64,000 nt of DNA from an uncultured Armatimonadetes bacterium (GTDB lineage Bacteria; Armatimonadota; Hebobacteria; Hebobacterales; Hebobacteraceae): assembly GCA_963716175.1 (NCBI GenBank), contig OY970296.1, forward strand, positions 448,001 to 512,000, read 5' to 3'. Below, in pieces: positions 1 through 10,134 of this stretch; within the stretch, counting starts at the first letter, position 1, and the number at the start of each line of letters is the position of its first letter. A program made the position numbers and the translations under genes. A model generated the notes under the pieces. The model saw only the letters and a list, made by a program, of their open reading frames with translations, was not told where the DNA came from and ran no database searches.

Positions 1-1241
1 CGGCAAGTCTCCAGGCGAGCGCTCAGCTTGGTCCCAGGGCGGGGGTTGATGGCCAGGGCGTAGCTGGACTTCGTCCTCGTCTCAGGCTGCTGCTCGCTGC
101 CGGCAAGGGCTTGCTCCCGGTCGGCGCTCACCAGCACGCGCTTCCAGAGGGCCCGGTCGGCATGGAATACCGTGGTGCGGCCCAGCCGGCCCGCAGCTCC
201 CTGGTCGCGGTCCTCCCGCATGCCGGCGCGAAGGTTAGTGCGGCCTGCGCCAGCTCCCAGTCCCCCCGTCCACGCCCAACTGCGAACCTGCTTCGCCCCT
301 GCCGAGCTGGACGCTCTCACCGTGGTCTGTTCGGCGGTGAGCTGACCCGCCGTGCTGCCGCCCCCCAGTTTGGCATTGACCCTGAGGTTGACCTCGCGGG
401 AGCGACTCCCGGCGCCCGCAGTCAGGCTCTTGATGGTGGCCTCGAGTTGGGAGCCTGGCGCAAGCTCCACCGTCGCGCCGGCGCTCTGCGTTCTCTGCGC
501 CTGGCCCGCCGCGCCGCTCTTTGCCAGGTAATCGGCGGTGAGCTTTAAGCGCGAGGCAGGGGAGAGCCCGAGATGGACTTCGCCTATCCCCTCCGCTTTC
601 GCGTTCTCTCCTTCCTTGGTGTAGGTGGAGGAGAGAGCCATGCGCAGGTCGTTGGCGTCGCCTCTGCCGAAGTGAGTGTTGAGCTCCACCGCGCCGGTGC
701 GCCGCTCCGAGTCCACCTTGTTCAGAGCCCTATCCCAGGCCTCGCTGTGCTGCTTGATGGTGGCCTGCAGCCTGCTGCTGGAACCCAAACCTAGGACGAA
801 AGCGTGGTCGCTGTCGGTGCTGGTGAGGCCGAAGTTCCTGTCATCGGGCCGGTCATTGCGGACCGAGGCCTGCCGGGAGGTGAGGGAGGCGGACCTTGCC
901 AGGTTCCAGGAGGCAGTGAACTCGAGATTGCGAGTGGCCATTGCGTCTGGCATTCCGCCCAGCCCCAGCGGTTCCAGACCTCCCCGCCCAAGGCGGGGGA
1001 AAGCCAGATCAAGCTTACCGGTGCTCCCCAATGCCAGCTGCAACTGCCCACCCGATGGGCCCTGCGATGCCATCCGCGCCTCCAGCCACCCCGCCGGCTC
1101 GCCCGTGGCGCCTGCTTCCAGAGTTGCACTGCCCGAATCCCCGGGGCCACTCATGAGGGCATGGGCCCAGGACAGAGGCAAGGACAGCCAGCACAGCCCC
1201 AGAGCGAGCAGCAGCCATCTGTTGACTGATCGCACCTTCAC
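1..1241 (-). CDS. Secreted beta-strand-rich protein, possible outer-membrane beta-barrel (3' end outside window)
   Basis: Absent from the ORF track because it runs off the edge. Manual translation from GTG 1241 gives MKVRSVNRWLLLALGLCWLSLPLSWAHA (signal peptide), then alternating-hydrophobicity strands (NLEFTASWNL, RLKLTADYL, EVNLRVNAKL, KSSYALAIN); no stop seen in the segments translated. Confidence 0.65.
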   Translation of the reverse strand, partial: MKVRSVNRWLLLALGLCWLSLPLSWAHALMSGPGDSGSATLEAGATGEPAGWLEARMASQGPSGGQLQLALGSTGKLDLAFPRLGRGGLEPLGLGGMPDAMATRNLEFTASWNLARSASLTSRQASVRNDRPDDRNFGLTSTDSDHAFVLGLGSSSRLQATIKQHSEAWDRALNKVDSERRTGAVELNTHFGRGDANDLRMALSSTYTKEGENAKAEGIGEVHLGLSPASRLKLTADYLAKSGAAGQAQRTQSAGATVELAPGSQLEATIKSLTAGAGSRSREVNLRVNAKLGGGSTAGQLTAEQTTVRASSSAGAKQVRSWAWTGGLGAGAGRTNLRAGMREDRDQGAAGRLGRTTVFHADRALWKRVLVSADREQALAGSEQQPETRTKSSYALAINPRPGTKLSARLETC

Positions 1242-1311
1242 GTTGCCTCTTGCCACGGGGGTAGGCCGGCGACTGGTCGCCGGTGACTCCGAGCAACATG
1301 ACCTGAGATGG

Positions 1312-2421
1312 TCAAGCCACAGGGCCCGGCGCCAGCAGGTGGGCCGAGCCTGGAGCAAGGGCTGAGTCCGCTCCGGGTGCCTTCAGCCCAGCGGGCGGAG
1401 CGGTCGGCGGTGGGGTGGTGGCAGAGGGGGGCGCGGCCCCGGTGCTTGTGCCAAAGCCGGCAGATTCGGGCAACCGGTCGAGCATCTCCTCGGAGCTGAG
1501 CGTGGCGAAGCTCTCTGCTGCCAGGTCCATGGCACGCCGCGCCTCCTGAGCATACTCAGCGCTTCTGGCCACTGATTTGAGGGCCTGCAGGGCATCGGGC
1601 GCGGCCGCGATCAGGGTAGCCCGAGCCGCCACCTTCTCCCTGCTAGGCCTGCCCACGGCTTTCACCAATCGCGCAGCCTTGAGGGCCGTCCGGCTGACAG
1701 CTCGTGCTGCAGACTGATACGAGGGGGCGGCAGGTTCGGGTGTCGCTTCCTGCACCTCGCGGGCGTCGGCCACCGTGGTCGGGGTGGAAGCAGCGGTCGC
1801 AGCCGAGGTGACCGGAGGCACGGCCGCCCGAGTCGAAGGAGCCGCCAAAGGCTCACGGGGGCCGGGCGAGAGCCCTGGCCGGAGCAGCAGGGCCAGCGCC
1901 CCCAACGCCACCAGCCCCGCGGCGGCCAATGCCGGCCGCATCGGTACACCCCAGGCCGACCCGGGCAGTCGCAGCCGCCGGGCCGCGGCCACCCTCTCGC
2001 GAACCTCCGCCGGCACCGAGGCCGCAGGCAGCGCACGCACTAGGCTAGTGGCACGGGTGAGCAGGCCGAACTCCTGGCGACAGTGCGCGCACCGCTCCAG
2101 ATGGCCCCGAACCGGCTCCGCCAGAACCGGACAGAGGCAGCGATCGAGGTAGGCGTGAAGGAGCGGCACCATCTGCCGGCAGGAGAGCGTCTTCTCGGCT
2201 TCCCTGGCCAGCGCCAGGGAGATGCGTTGTCTCAGCTCCGTGGGCACGGCCACCGGGCGCAACCGGCCTACCAGGGCAGCAGCTCGCCGGGATTCGGCCA
2301 GGGCCTCAGCGCAGGCGTCACATCGGCGGAGATGCGCCTCCATCCAGCCCGCTCGGGCCGGGGACATCTCCCCATCGGCGTACTCGGTGAGCTCGATCTC
2401 TGACAGGTGTCGCCGACTCAT
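1312..2421 (-). CDS. Anti-sigma factor with two tandem zf-HC2 (ZAS) domains, TM helix and low-complexity extracytoplasmic tail
   Basis: YADGE...HLRRCDAC and YLDR...HLERCAHC motifs; TM ALAAAGLVALGALALLL. Confidence 0.85.
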   Translation of the reverse strand: MSRRHLSEIELTEYADGEMSPARAGWMEAHLRRCDACAEALAESRRAAALVGRLRPVAVPTELRQRISLALAREAEKTLSCRQMVPLLHAYLDRCLCPVLAEPVRGHLERCAHCRQEFGLLTRATSLVRALPAASVPAEVRERVAAARRLRLPGSAWGVPMRPALAAAGLVALGALALLLRPGLSPGPREPLAAPSTRAAVPPVTSAATAASTPTTVADAREVQEATPEPAAPSYQSAARAVSRTALKAARLVKAVGRPSREKVAARATLIAAAPDALQALKSVARSAEYAQEARRAMDLAAESFATLSSEEMLDRLPESAGFGTSTGAAPPSATTPPPTAPPAGLKAPGADSALAPGSAHLLAPGPVA

Positions 2422-2511
2422 GGGTTCTTGCCCTCGCGCGTGTGGTCGCTCTCCTCGCCTGATTTGACACCAGCGAGAGGGATAAGTCGCGCCCAGACTG
2501 GATCGCTGGCG

Positions 2512-2973
2512 CTACCACTCGTCTGGACCGGGATCCACGCTGGGGCCCCCTGGGTCGGGCTGCTCCTCCCCCTCCCGGGCCGCCTCCAGCACTGAGGCCG
2601 AGGCAAAAAGAGGGGCCCCGGCCCGCAGCGCAAGGGCGATGCTGTCGCTGGGACGGGCATCTATCGTGAGTACCTCGCCATCCACTGCCAGGTGCAGCTT
2701 CGCATAGTAGACCTGGTTCCACAGGTCATCTACGACCACCTTGATCAGCCGCCCCCCCAGGCGCTCGATCAAGGCGCAGAGCAGATCGTGAGTTGCGGGA
2801 CGCCGGCCCGCGGCCTGGACGCGCCCTGGCCGAAGCACGCTCCAGATGGCCACCGCCTCGCAAGGGCCAATGGTCATGGGCAGGAGGGTGTCACCGTCGT
2901 CACACAGGATCAGCAGATACTGGGAATCCGAGTTCCGACCCACTCGCCAGACCCGGACTGGAACTTCGGACAT
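2512..2973 (-). CDS. Bifunctional nuclease family protein (DUF151)
   Basis: LPMTIGPCEAVAI, RPATHDLL, YYAKL and IDARPSDSIALALR motifs. Confidence 0.9.
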   Translation of the reverse strand: MSEVPVRVWRVGRNSDSQYLLILCDDGDTLLPMTIGPCEAVAIWSVLRPGRVQAAGRRPATHDLLCALIERLGGRLIKVVVDDLWNQVYYAKLHLAVDGEVLTIDARPSDSIALALRAGAPLFASASVLEAAREGEEQPDPGGPSVDPGPDEW

Positions 2974-3009
2974 GGCTTGGCCCTCGGGACCGCAGGCTCT
3001 CGTCTCGGC

Positions 3010-4083
3010 TTACTCTCTCAGCTCCGGGGCCCACCAGAGGAGGCGGAAAGACTTCTCCATCTGGGCGGTCGTAGCCCCACCTGCGAGCTTCTCCAGCTCA
3101 TCCCTGGTTCCCTCTGCCACCGCTCCCAGCTGATCCGGCCGGCCCGGCTCTCTGAGGTCGCATCGCACTCGCACCTCAGGGATTCTCGCATCCCAGGTGG
3201 CCGCGCGACCCGCGAGGGTGGACATGATCCGCAGCATGGATTCCCGCATGCTCGGCACCGACGAGAGCCGGGGCATGGAAATGCGAACAACGGCGCTGGC
3301 ATCCCGGGGCGCGACCTCCGCCCCCAGCACCTGGCAGTTAGGGTCCATGTGCCGGGCATGCCCCTGGAGATCCTTCAGCAGCTCCGGCTCCCGGACCATG
3401 AGCTCCTCGGCCACCTCGCCCACCACACCGACAGGTTCGGCCTGCTGCATCTCCACCTGGGGAGCGGCCGGCGCCGGCGGGGAGACAAACGCGCCGGACC
3501 CCTCTCCGCCTCTGGCTGACGCCGGCGGAGGCCCAGCCCGCCTGCCCAAGAGCACGACGGACAGCGCGATCAGCAGCATCACCAGCAGCACCGTCCCCAC
3601 CACCAGCCCCAGCACCCCCGGGGGCCGCGCCGAGCGCACCTCCGCTGCCGCACCGGACAGCGCGCGCCTGACCTCGGCCAGGCCCCTCTCCATCACGCCC
3701 TCAGGAGGCCTTACCAACACCCGGTCAATCAGGGCCTCCAGCTTCCTGCGGTCGGCGGTGCTGCCCGGGTTCCGCTCCAGCGCCATCTTGTACCACTCGA
3801 TGGCCTCCCGCAGCTTCCCCTGATCGCGCGTGATGTCCCCCATCAGAGAGTGAGCGGCTCCGTTCCCCGGGTGACGGTGGAGCACCTCGCCGCACTTGGT
3901 CTCGGCCTCGGCCCACTGACGGCGAAGGCGCAGCACATTGGCCGTCATCAGCGTCAGGAAAGCATCGCCCTCGGAGTGGCCCGAGCCGAGCGGGGAGGCG
4001 GGATGGCCGCAATGAGGACAGGCAGACGCGCTCTCCTCCAGCGCTTCCCCGCAGTTCGGACACTTGTTGTCTTGCTTGGTCAT
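3010..4083 (-). CDS. Zinc-ribbon + TPR + transmembrane protein
   Basis: CPNCG...CPHCG at the N-terminus (likely start ATG 4083), TPR AHSLMGDITRDQGKLREAIEWYKMALERNP, one TM helix. Confidence 0.75.
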   Translation of the reverse strand: MTKQDNKCPNCGEALEESASACPHCGHPASPLGSGHSEGDAFLTLMTANVLRLRRQWAEAETKCGEVLHRHPGNGAAHSLMGDITRDQGKLREAIEWYKMALERNPGSTADRRKLEALIDRVLVRPPEGVMERGLAEVRRALSGAAAEVRSARPPGVLGLVVGTVLLVMLLIALSVVLLGRRAGPPPASARGGEGSGAFVSPPAPAAPQVEMQQAEPVGVVGEVAEELMVREPELLKDLQGHARHMDPNCQVLGAEVAPRDASAVVRISMPRLSSVPSMRESMLRIMSTLAGRAATWDARIPEVRVRCDLREPGRPDQLGAVAEGTRDELEKLAGGATTAQMEKSFRLLWWAPELRE

Positions 4084-4318
4084 GAGCCGAGTGCGCATCA
4101 CAGACCTGGCGCGAAGCCTGCCCCGACGAATCTCCGACACTGCCTGGTATTGGGCCACATCACAAGCTCACCCGGTCCCGCTGACCCGGGCTGGCGCGGT
4201 GTGGAGGCAGCCCCTAAGGCGGTTCTACCCGCCCGGCCCCGCCAGGTAAACGCCCTCGGCCAGCCATCTCGGCCCACTCCAGCTTCACCAACCGCGGCTG
4301 CCGCCTGGAGAGGGTCTG

Positions 4319-4825
4319 CTACCCCCACCGATCGCGGCGGACAATCTCGGCCAGCGACTTGCGAGGACGGCCTTCCGGCTCCTCGTCAGGATAGCCAAGA
4401 GGCGTCGTGGCCACCAGGCGTATTGCCTCCGGCACGCGGAGAGCCTGTTTCGCCCTCTGCTCGTCAAACCAGCCAATCCAGCACGTGCCCAATCCCTGCT
4501 CGGCTGCCGCCAGCACCAAGTGCTCCATGGCAATGCCGATGTCGAGCAAGTAGTAGCCCTGGTCGCCCTTGGTGCCGCTCTGCTTGGCATCGGCGCAGGC
4601 GGCGATAATCACCGGCGCGCCCTCAATCCACTCGTTGCCGGCCGCGGCCAGGTCGTGCTTCACCTTGGGGTCGGTGACCACCACGAAAGTCCAGCACTGG
4701 CCGTTCGCCCAGGAGGGCGCGAGCCGCGCCGCCTCCAACACGTAGTCAACCTTCTCCTGCGGCACTGGATCAGGCCGGTAGCTGCGGACGCTGCGACGCC
4801 GGCGCACCACCTCCATGAACTCCAT
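4319..4825 (-). CDS. Nitroreductase family protein
   Basis: RRSVRSY, ARLAPSWANGQCWTFVVV, LAAAEQGLGTCWIG motifs. Confidence 0.95.
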   Translation of the reverse strand: MEFMEVVRRRRSVRSYRPDPVPQEKVDYVLEAARLAPSWANGQCWTFVVVTDPKVKHDLAAAGNEWIEGAPVIIAACADAKQSGTKGDQGYYLLDIGIAMEHLVLAAAEQGLGTCWIGWFDEQRAKQALRVPEAIRLVATTPLGYPDEEPEGRPRKSLAEIVRRDRWG

Positions 4826-4864
4826 GCTATACCCCTTTCCGACAGCGCCCCGTACCGCACCTCG

Positions 4865-4892
4865 ATTATATGCTAGCTAGCCTCCCTGTCAA
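4865..4892 (-). promoter_or_regulatory. Sigma70-type promoter for nitroreductase
   Basis: TTGACA-N16-TATAAT on the minus strand about 40 nt upstream of the ATG. Confidence 0.7.
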
Positions 4893-5003
4893 GCCAAGCC
4901 GAGGCCGAGGGGCCGGCCGCGGCCCTGCCGCCATCTGCGAAGCCCAGAACAGGAATACGGCCGGCGGCCAGAGAAGACAGTGCCGAGAGTTTGAGCAGCG
5001 CAG

Positions 5004-5981
<978 letters not shown>

Positions 5982-7004
5982 ATCCGCTGGTGCCCCATCA
6001 TCAGCGCCACGCCGGTTATCACCAGCGCCGCCCCCGCCAGCAGGTAGCGCGTCACGGTCTCTCCGATGAGGAGATGGGCCTCGACCATGGTGAAAACGGG
6101 GAGGGTGGAGCCGAGCAACCCCACGGTCGCCGCCTCCAGGCGGGCCAGCCCCTTGACCAGCAGGACATAGGCCAGCCCGGTTCCGCCAAAGCCGAGGTAT
6201 ACCAGCGCCAACACCGCTGACCCTCGCAGCGGGTGGTGCGCAATCGGCTGCGTGAGCGCCACCAGGCCGGCGACCGCGGTGCCGACGAGGAAGACCGGCA
6301 CCAGCGTGCCTCCTGGCGTTCGCGCCAGCACGCGCTGACCCAGCCCGTAGGTGGCCCAGCAGCAGGCAGCGGAGAACACCAGCACATTGCCCAGCAGATA
6401 CTTCGACTGAAGCAGCGCGCTCAGGTTCTGGCCGTTCCAGCCCACCAGCACCAGCCCGGCCAGCGCGGCCGCCCCCGCGCCGGCCTTCAGCCACGACATC
6501 CTTTCCCGCAGCACCAACACCCCCAGCAGGGCCAGCATGATGCCATCTGTGCTCACGATCAGGGTGGCGGCACTGGCTGTGGTGTAGTACAGCCCAAGCG
6601 TGTAGAGCAGCAGATCCCCGCCAATCCCGAGGCCCACGATCGCAATCCAGGCGCGGAGGCCAATCCAGTTGGGCCCGCCCAGGTCCAGCGCCGCGCGCCG
6701 GCCGGGCAAGCGAAGCCCCCGCCCGGCCACCACCTCCAAAGCGGCGAAGACGCAGGTGCCGCCGACCAGCCGCGCCAACGCGATGAACCCAGGGTTGAAG
6801 CTGACATAGGCGAGCTTGACCGCAAGTGGGATCAGGCTCCACAGCCAGACCGTGCCCAGCACCCAGAGGACGGGCATTAGGGAGTTTCGGGCACCACAGT
6901 CATGCCGGCGCGAAGTGGACAGCCCCGAAACTCCTTTCGTGAGTGCATTCCTGGGGTAGGTCGGGTCCTGCTCACTGCAACTGGAGTGCTCAACGTGCTT
7001 TGGG

Positions 7005-7184
7005 TCAGCCGGTTGGCGTCTGCTGCAGGCAGGCCTCGGGAGGCGGCTGGCGCTGCTCCAGCGCGCGGCGGGTCACCCGATAGACGAATCCGGTGAGCCA
7101 AACCAGGAGGTAGAGCGCGATCAGCAGGAGTAGGCCGTAGCCGATCCGCCGCGCCCAGAGTTCGGACTTCTCCGCTGGCAGCAT
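7005..7184 (-). CDS. Small single-TM membrane protein (59 aa)
   Basis: MLPAEKSELWARRIGYGLLLLIALYLLVWLTGFVYR; starts 8 nt after the repaired NHL stop. Confidence 0.6.
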   Translation of the reverse strand: MLPAEKSELWARRIGYGLLLLIALYLLVWLTGFVYRVTRRALEQRQPPPEACLQQTPTG

Positions 7185-7192
7185 CCCGGCCC

Positions 7193-8160
7193 CTAGGAGG
7201 CGGGCCCCCACTTCTGAATGCGGTTGTTCCCTAGGTCCAGATGTAGACCGCCTGGTCTGCTCCCACCGCCACGCTGATGGGGCAGTCCAGCTCGCCCTTC
7301 CCCTTGCCCCATTTGCCGGAGAATGAGAGCAGCCGGCCCGAGGGCGTGAACTTCTGGAGGCGGTGATTGCCGAAATCCACTACGTACACATTGCCCTGGG
7401 AGTCCACGTTCACCGCATAGGGACGGTCGAACTGACCTGGGTCCGCGCCGGCCTCGCCCCACTTGCCGTCGAACTGCATCTTCTTGCCATTGCTGCGGAA
7501 GGCCTGCACCCGATCATTGCCCAGGTCGGCCACATAGAGGCGGTCTTGGCTGTCAACAGCGAGCCCGGCGGGGCGGCTGAACTGGCCGTCCTGCCGGCCC
7601 TCCGTGCCCCACATCATCACGAACTTGCCCTTGGCATCGAACTTGTGGACGCGGTTGTTGTTGAAGTCGGAAACGTAGATAAAGCCCTGGGAGTCCACCG
7701 CCACGCCGTAGGGATACACGAACTGGCCAGGGGCTTCATCATATCCCTTGGGCTCCCCCTGCTCGCCGAACTTGAGCAGGAAGCGGCCCTCCGGCGAGAA
7801 CTTCTGCACCCGGTGGTTCCAGTTGTCCACCACGTAGATGTGGCCAGCTTTGTCCGTGGTCACAGAGCGAGGGCACTCGAACTGACCGGCCTTCTTCCCT
7901 CTCTCGCCGAAGCTGGAGATCAGCTTGCCATTGGTGTCCACGCGCAGGATGCGGTTGTTCCAGGTGTCGGCCACCAGCAGGTTTCCCTTGGGGTCAATGC
8001 TGAGGCCCTCCGGATGGTCAATCCCGCCCGCCCCGGGATACTGGGTCCACTGAGCGAGGAAGTGCGGCGCCGTCTGGCTCGGTGCCCCGCACCCCAGGAT
8101 CAGCGCTGCCATCACCAGCACCACCAGCCCGACCCCCGCTACTCTCCAGGCACCGGCCAT
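7193..8160 (-). CDS. NHL-repeat beta-propeller lipoprotein (1-nt frameshift near 7240)
   Basis: Lipobox LILG-C; six NHL repeats (GQFxxPxGVAVDxxGxIYVxDxxNxRVQKF). The last repeat breaks at VYI/W* and continues as DLGNNRIQKWGPAS* in another frame. GGAGG RBS before ATG 8160. Confidence 0.88.
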
Positions 8161-8202
8161 CTCATCCTCCTGTCCACTCAAGGCGGACGCTCGCTCGCTC
8201 CG

Positions 8203-8232
8203 ATTATAGCCCCGCCTGCGCGCGGGCGTCAA
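8203..8232 (-). promoter_or_regulatory. Sigma70-type promoter for the NHL gene
   Basis: TTGACG-N18-TATAAT on the minus strand. Confidence 0.65.
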
Positions 8233-8367
8233 TGATGGCCTCTACCACTGCGGAAGCGCTTTTCCTGCTGGCGTCCGGGGCGGCTCGAGGGCGAGGCCCA
8301 GCCAAGAACAGCCAGGTAGGCACCATAAGGAGCACGGCCAGCATCAGTGTGCTCCGGTCCCCCGAAA

Positions 8368-8397
8368 TTGACGCTCTCTCTGCCGCGATGCTATAAT
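8368..8397 (+). promoter_or_regulatory. Sigma70-type promoter of the glycan operon
   Basis: TTGACG-N18-TATAAT with extended TGn, followed by GAGGAGG RBS and TTG start at 8411. Confidence 0.75.
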
Positions 8398-8410
8398 CCC
8401 CGAGGAGGCG

Positions 8411-9346
8411 TTGAGCACAGCCATTGCCATGAAGGAAATTGTCGAAGTCTGGCGCTACCGCGAGGTGCTGTGGAACCTGGTGCGCCGCAACCTCAAGGTG
8501 CGCTATAAGAACTCCATCCTCGGCTTCCTCTGGTCTCTCCTTAACCCCCTGATGCAGATCGGGGTCTGGTGGTTCGTCTTCAAGATCATCCTGGATAACC
8601 CCGAGCCCAACTACATGGCCTTGCTGATCACGGGTTTCTTGCCCTGGCTCTTCTTCTCCCAGACCGTGCTCGACAGCACCGCCTGCGTCACCCAGGAGAT
8701 GGCGCTGGTGAAGAAGGCCTACTTCCCCCGCATGGTCCTGCCGCTGTCGGCCTTGTTCTCCAACCTGATCCATCTCGGGCTGGCCTTCGTGGTGCTGCTG
8801 GCGCTCTTCGCCGTCTGGCGGGTCGACATCAACATCAGCTATTTCCTGATCATCCCGGCCACCCTCCTGGTCGCGGTCTTCGCCTATGGCCTGTCGGCGA
8901 TGCTGGCGGCCTGGAGCGTGTTCTACGCGGATGTGAAGTTCATCATCGGTAACCTGCTGGGGCTCTGGTTCTTCCTGACGCCGGTGCTGTACTCGGCGTC
9001 CGGTTTGCTCGCCCGGCAGGCCATCTCGGGACGGGAGCTGAACTGGCTCCAGCGCCTGATCCAGGCCGGACTGCCGGTGATCAAACAGGTCTACCTCGTG
9101 GACCCGGTGACCATTGGCGTGCTCGGGTACCGCAGCGGGCTGCTCTACGGCGGCGGAAATCCCCTCCTGGTGCGCGCCGGAGCCACCAGGACCGAGGAGG
9201 CGGCGCGTCTGCTGCAGGCCCAGCTCCAGGCCCAATATCCCATCGGCCACTACATCATCGGGGCCACCATCGTGGCGGTGCTGGTGGCGATCGTCGGCCA
9301 CCTGATCTTTCGGCGCCTCTCCCACCTCTTCGCGGAGCGAGGCTGA
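8411..9346 (+). CDS. wzm: ABC-2 polysaccharide export permease
   Basis: RNLKVRYKNSILGFLWSLLNPL, LVKKAYFPR, WFFLTPVLY. Confidence 0.93.
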   Translation: MSTAIAMKEIVEVWRYREVLWNLVRRNLKVRYKNSILGFLWSLLNPLMQIGVWWFVFKIILDNPEPNYMALLITGFLPWLFFSQTVLDSTACVTQEMALVKKAYFPRMVLPLSALFSNLIHLGLAFVVLLALFAVWRVDINISYFLIIPATLLVAVFAYGLSAMLAAWSVFYADVKFIIGNLLGLWFFLTPVLYSASGLLARQAISGRELNWLQRLIQAGLPVIKQVYLVDPVTIGVLGYRSGLLYGGGNPLLVRAGATRTEEAARLLQAQLQAQYPIGHYIIGATIVAVLVAIVGHLIFRRLSHLFAERG

Positions 9347-9354
9347 ACCCTGCC

Positions 9355-10134
9355 GTGAGCGGAATCGAAATCCGAGACCTATGGAAGCAGTACCGCCGCC
9401 CTCATCAGCGGGTGAGCACGCTGAAGGAGGCGATCGTCGCCTTCCTCCGGGGCCAGACGGGCTATGAGGAGTTCTGGGCGCTGAAGAGCATCTCTTTCAC
9501 CGTGGACGCAGGAGAGGCAGTGGGCGTGGTGGGGCCCAACGGGTCCGGCAAGAGCACGCTGCTGGCGCTGATGGCCGGTGTGCTCACTCCCACCCGGGGC
9601 ACGGTGAAAGTGGGAGGGCGCATCTGCCCCATGCTGGAGCTGGGCACCGGGTTCCATCCCGACCTGACGGGCCGGGAGAACGTGTTTCTCAACGCCAGCC
9701 TGCTGGGTCTGAGCCGCCGGGAGACGGCTCGCCGCTATCATGCCATCGTGGACTTCGCGGAGCTGGGCGAGTTCATGGACGCGCCGGTGAGGACCTATTC
9801 CAGCGGCATGGTGGTGCGGCTCGGGTTCTCCGTGGCGATGCACCTCGACCCGGACGTGCTGCTGATTGACGAGGTGCTGAGCGTGGGGGACGAGCACTTC
9901 CGGCACAAGTCCTTCGAGCGGCTGGTGCGCTTCAAACAGGAGGGCAAGACCATCTTCGTGGTCTCCCATGATCTCGGGTCGGTGGAGCGACTCTGCGCGC
10001 GCGCGATCTGGCTGGACCACGGCCACATGGTCATGGACAGCCCCAGTGCCCAGGTGGTCCGGAAGTACCGAACCGCGGTGGAGGAGAGCGAGCGCGCGGC
10101 GGAGGCCGGGTCTCCCCATGCCCGCCTGGTCTGA
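9355..10134 (+). CDS. wzt: Polysaccharide ABC transporter ATPase without C-terminal carbohydrate-binding domain
   Basis: GPNGSGKS, YSSGM signature, LLIDEVLSVGD, VSH; only 259 aa. Confidence 0.93.
   Translation: MSGIEIRDLWKQYRRPHQRVSTLKEAIVAFLRGQTGYEEFWALKSISFTVDAGEAVGVVGPNGSGKSTLLALMAGVLTPTRGTVKVGGRICPMLELGTGFHPDLTGRENVFLNASLLGLSRRETARRYHAIVDFAELGEFMDAPVRTYSSGMVVRLGFSVAMHLDPDVLLIDEVLSVGDEHFRHKSFERLVRFKQEGKTIFVVSHDLGSVERLCARAIWLDHGHMVMDSPSAQVVRKYRTAVEESERAAEAGSPHARLV

Noticed and set aside
8204-8344. 46-aa hydrophobic ORF MLAVLLMVPTWLFLAG... between the divergent promoters
   Set aside because: Weak RBS, overlaps the NHL promoter and is the tail of a shadow ORF; insufficient support.
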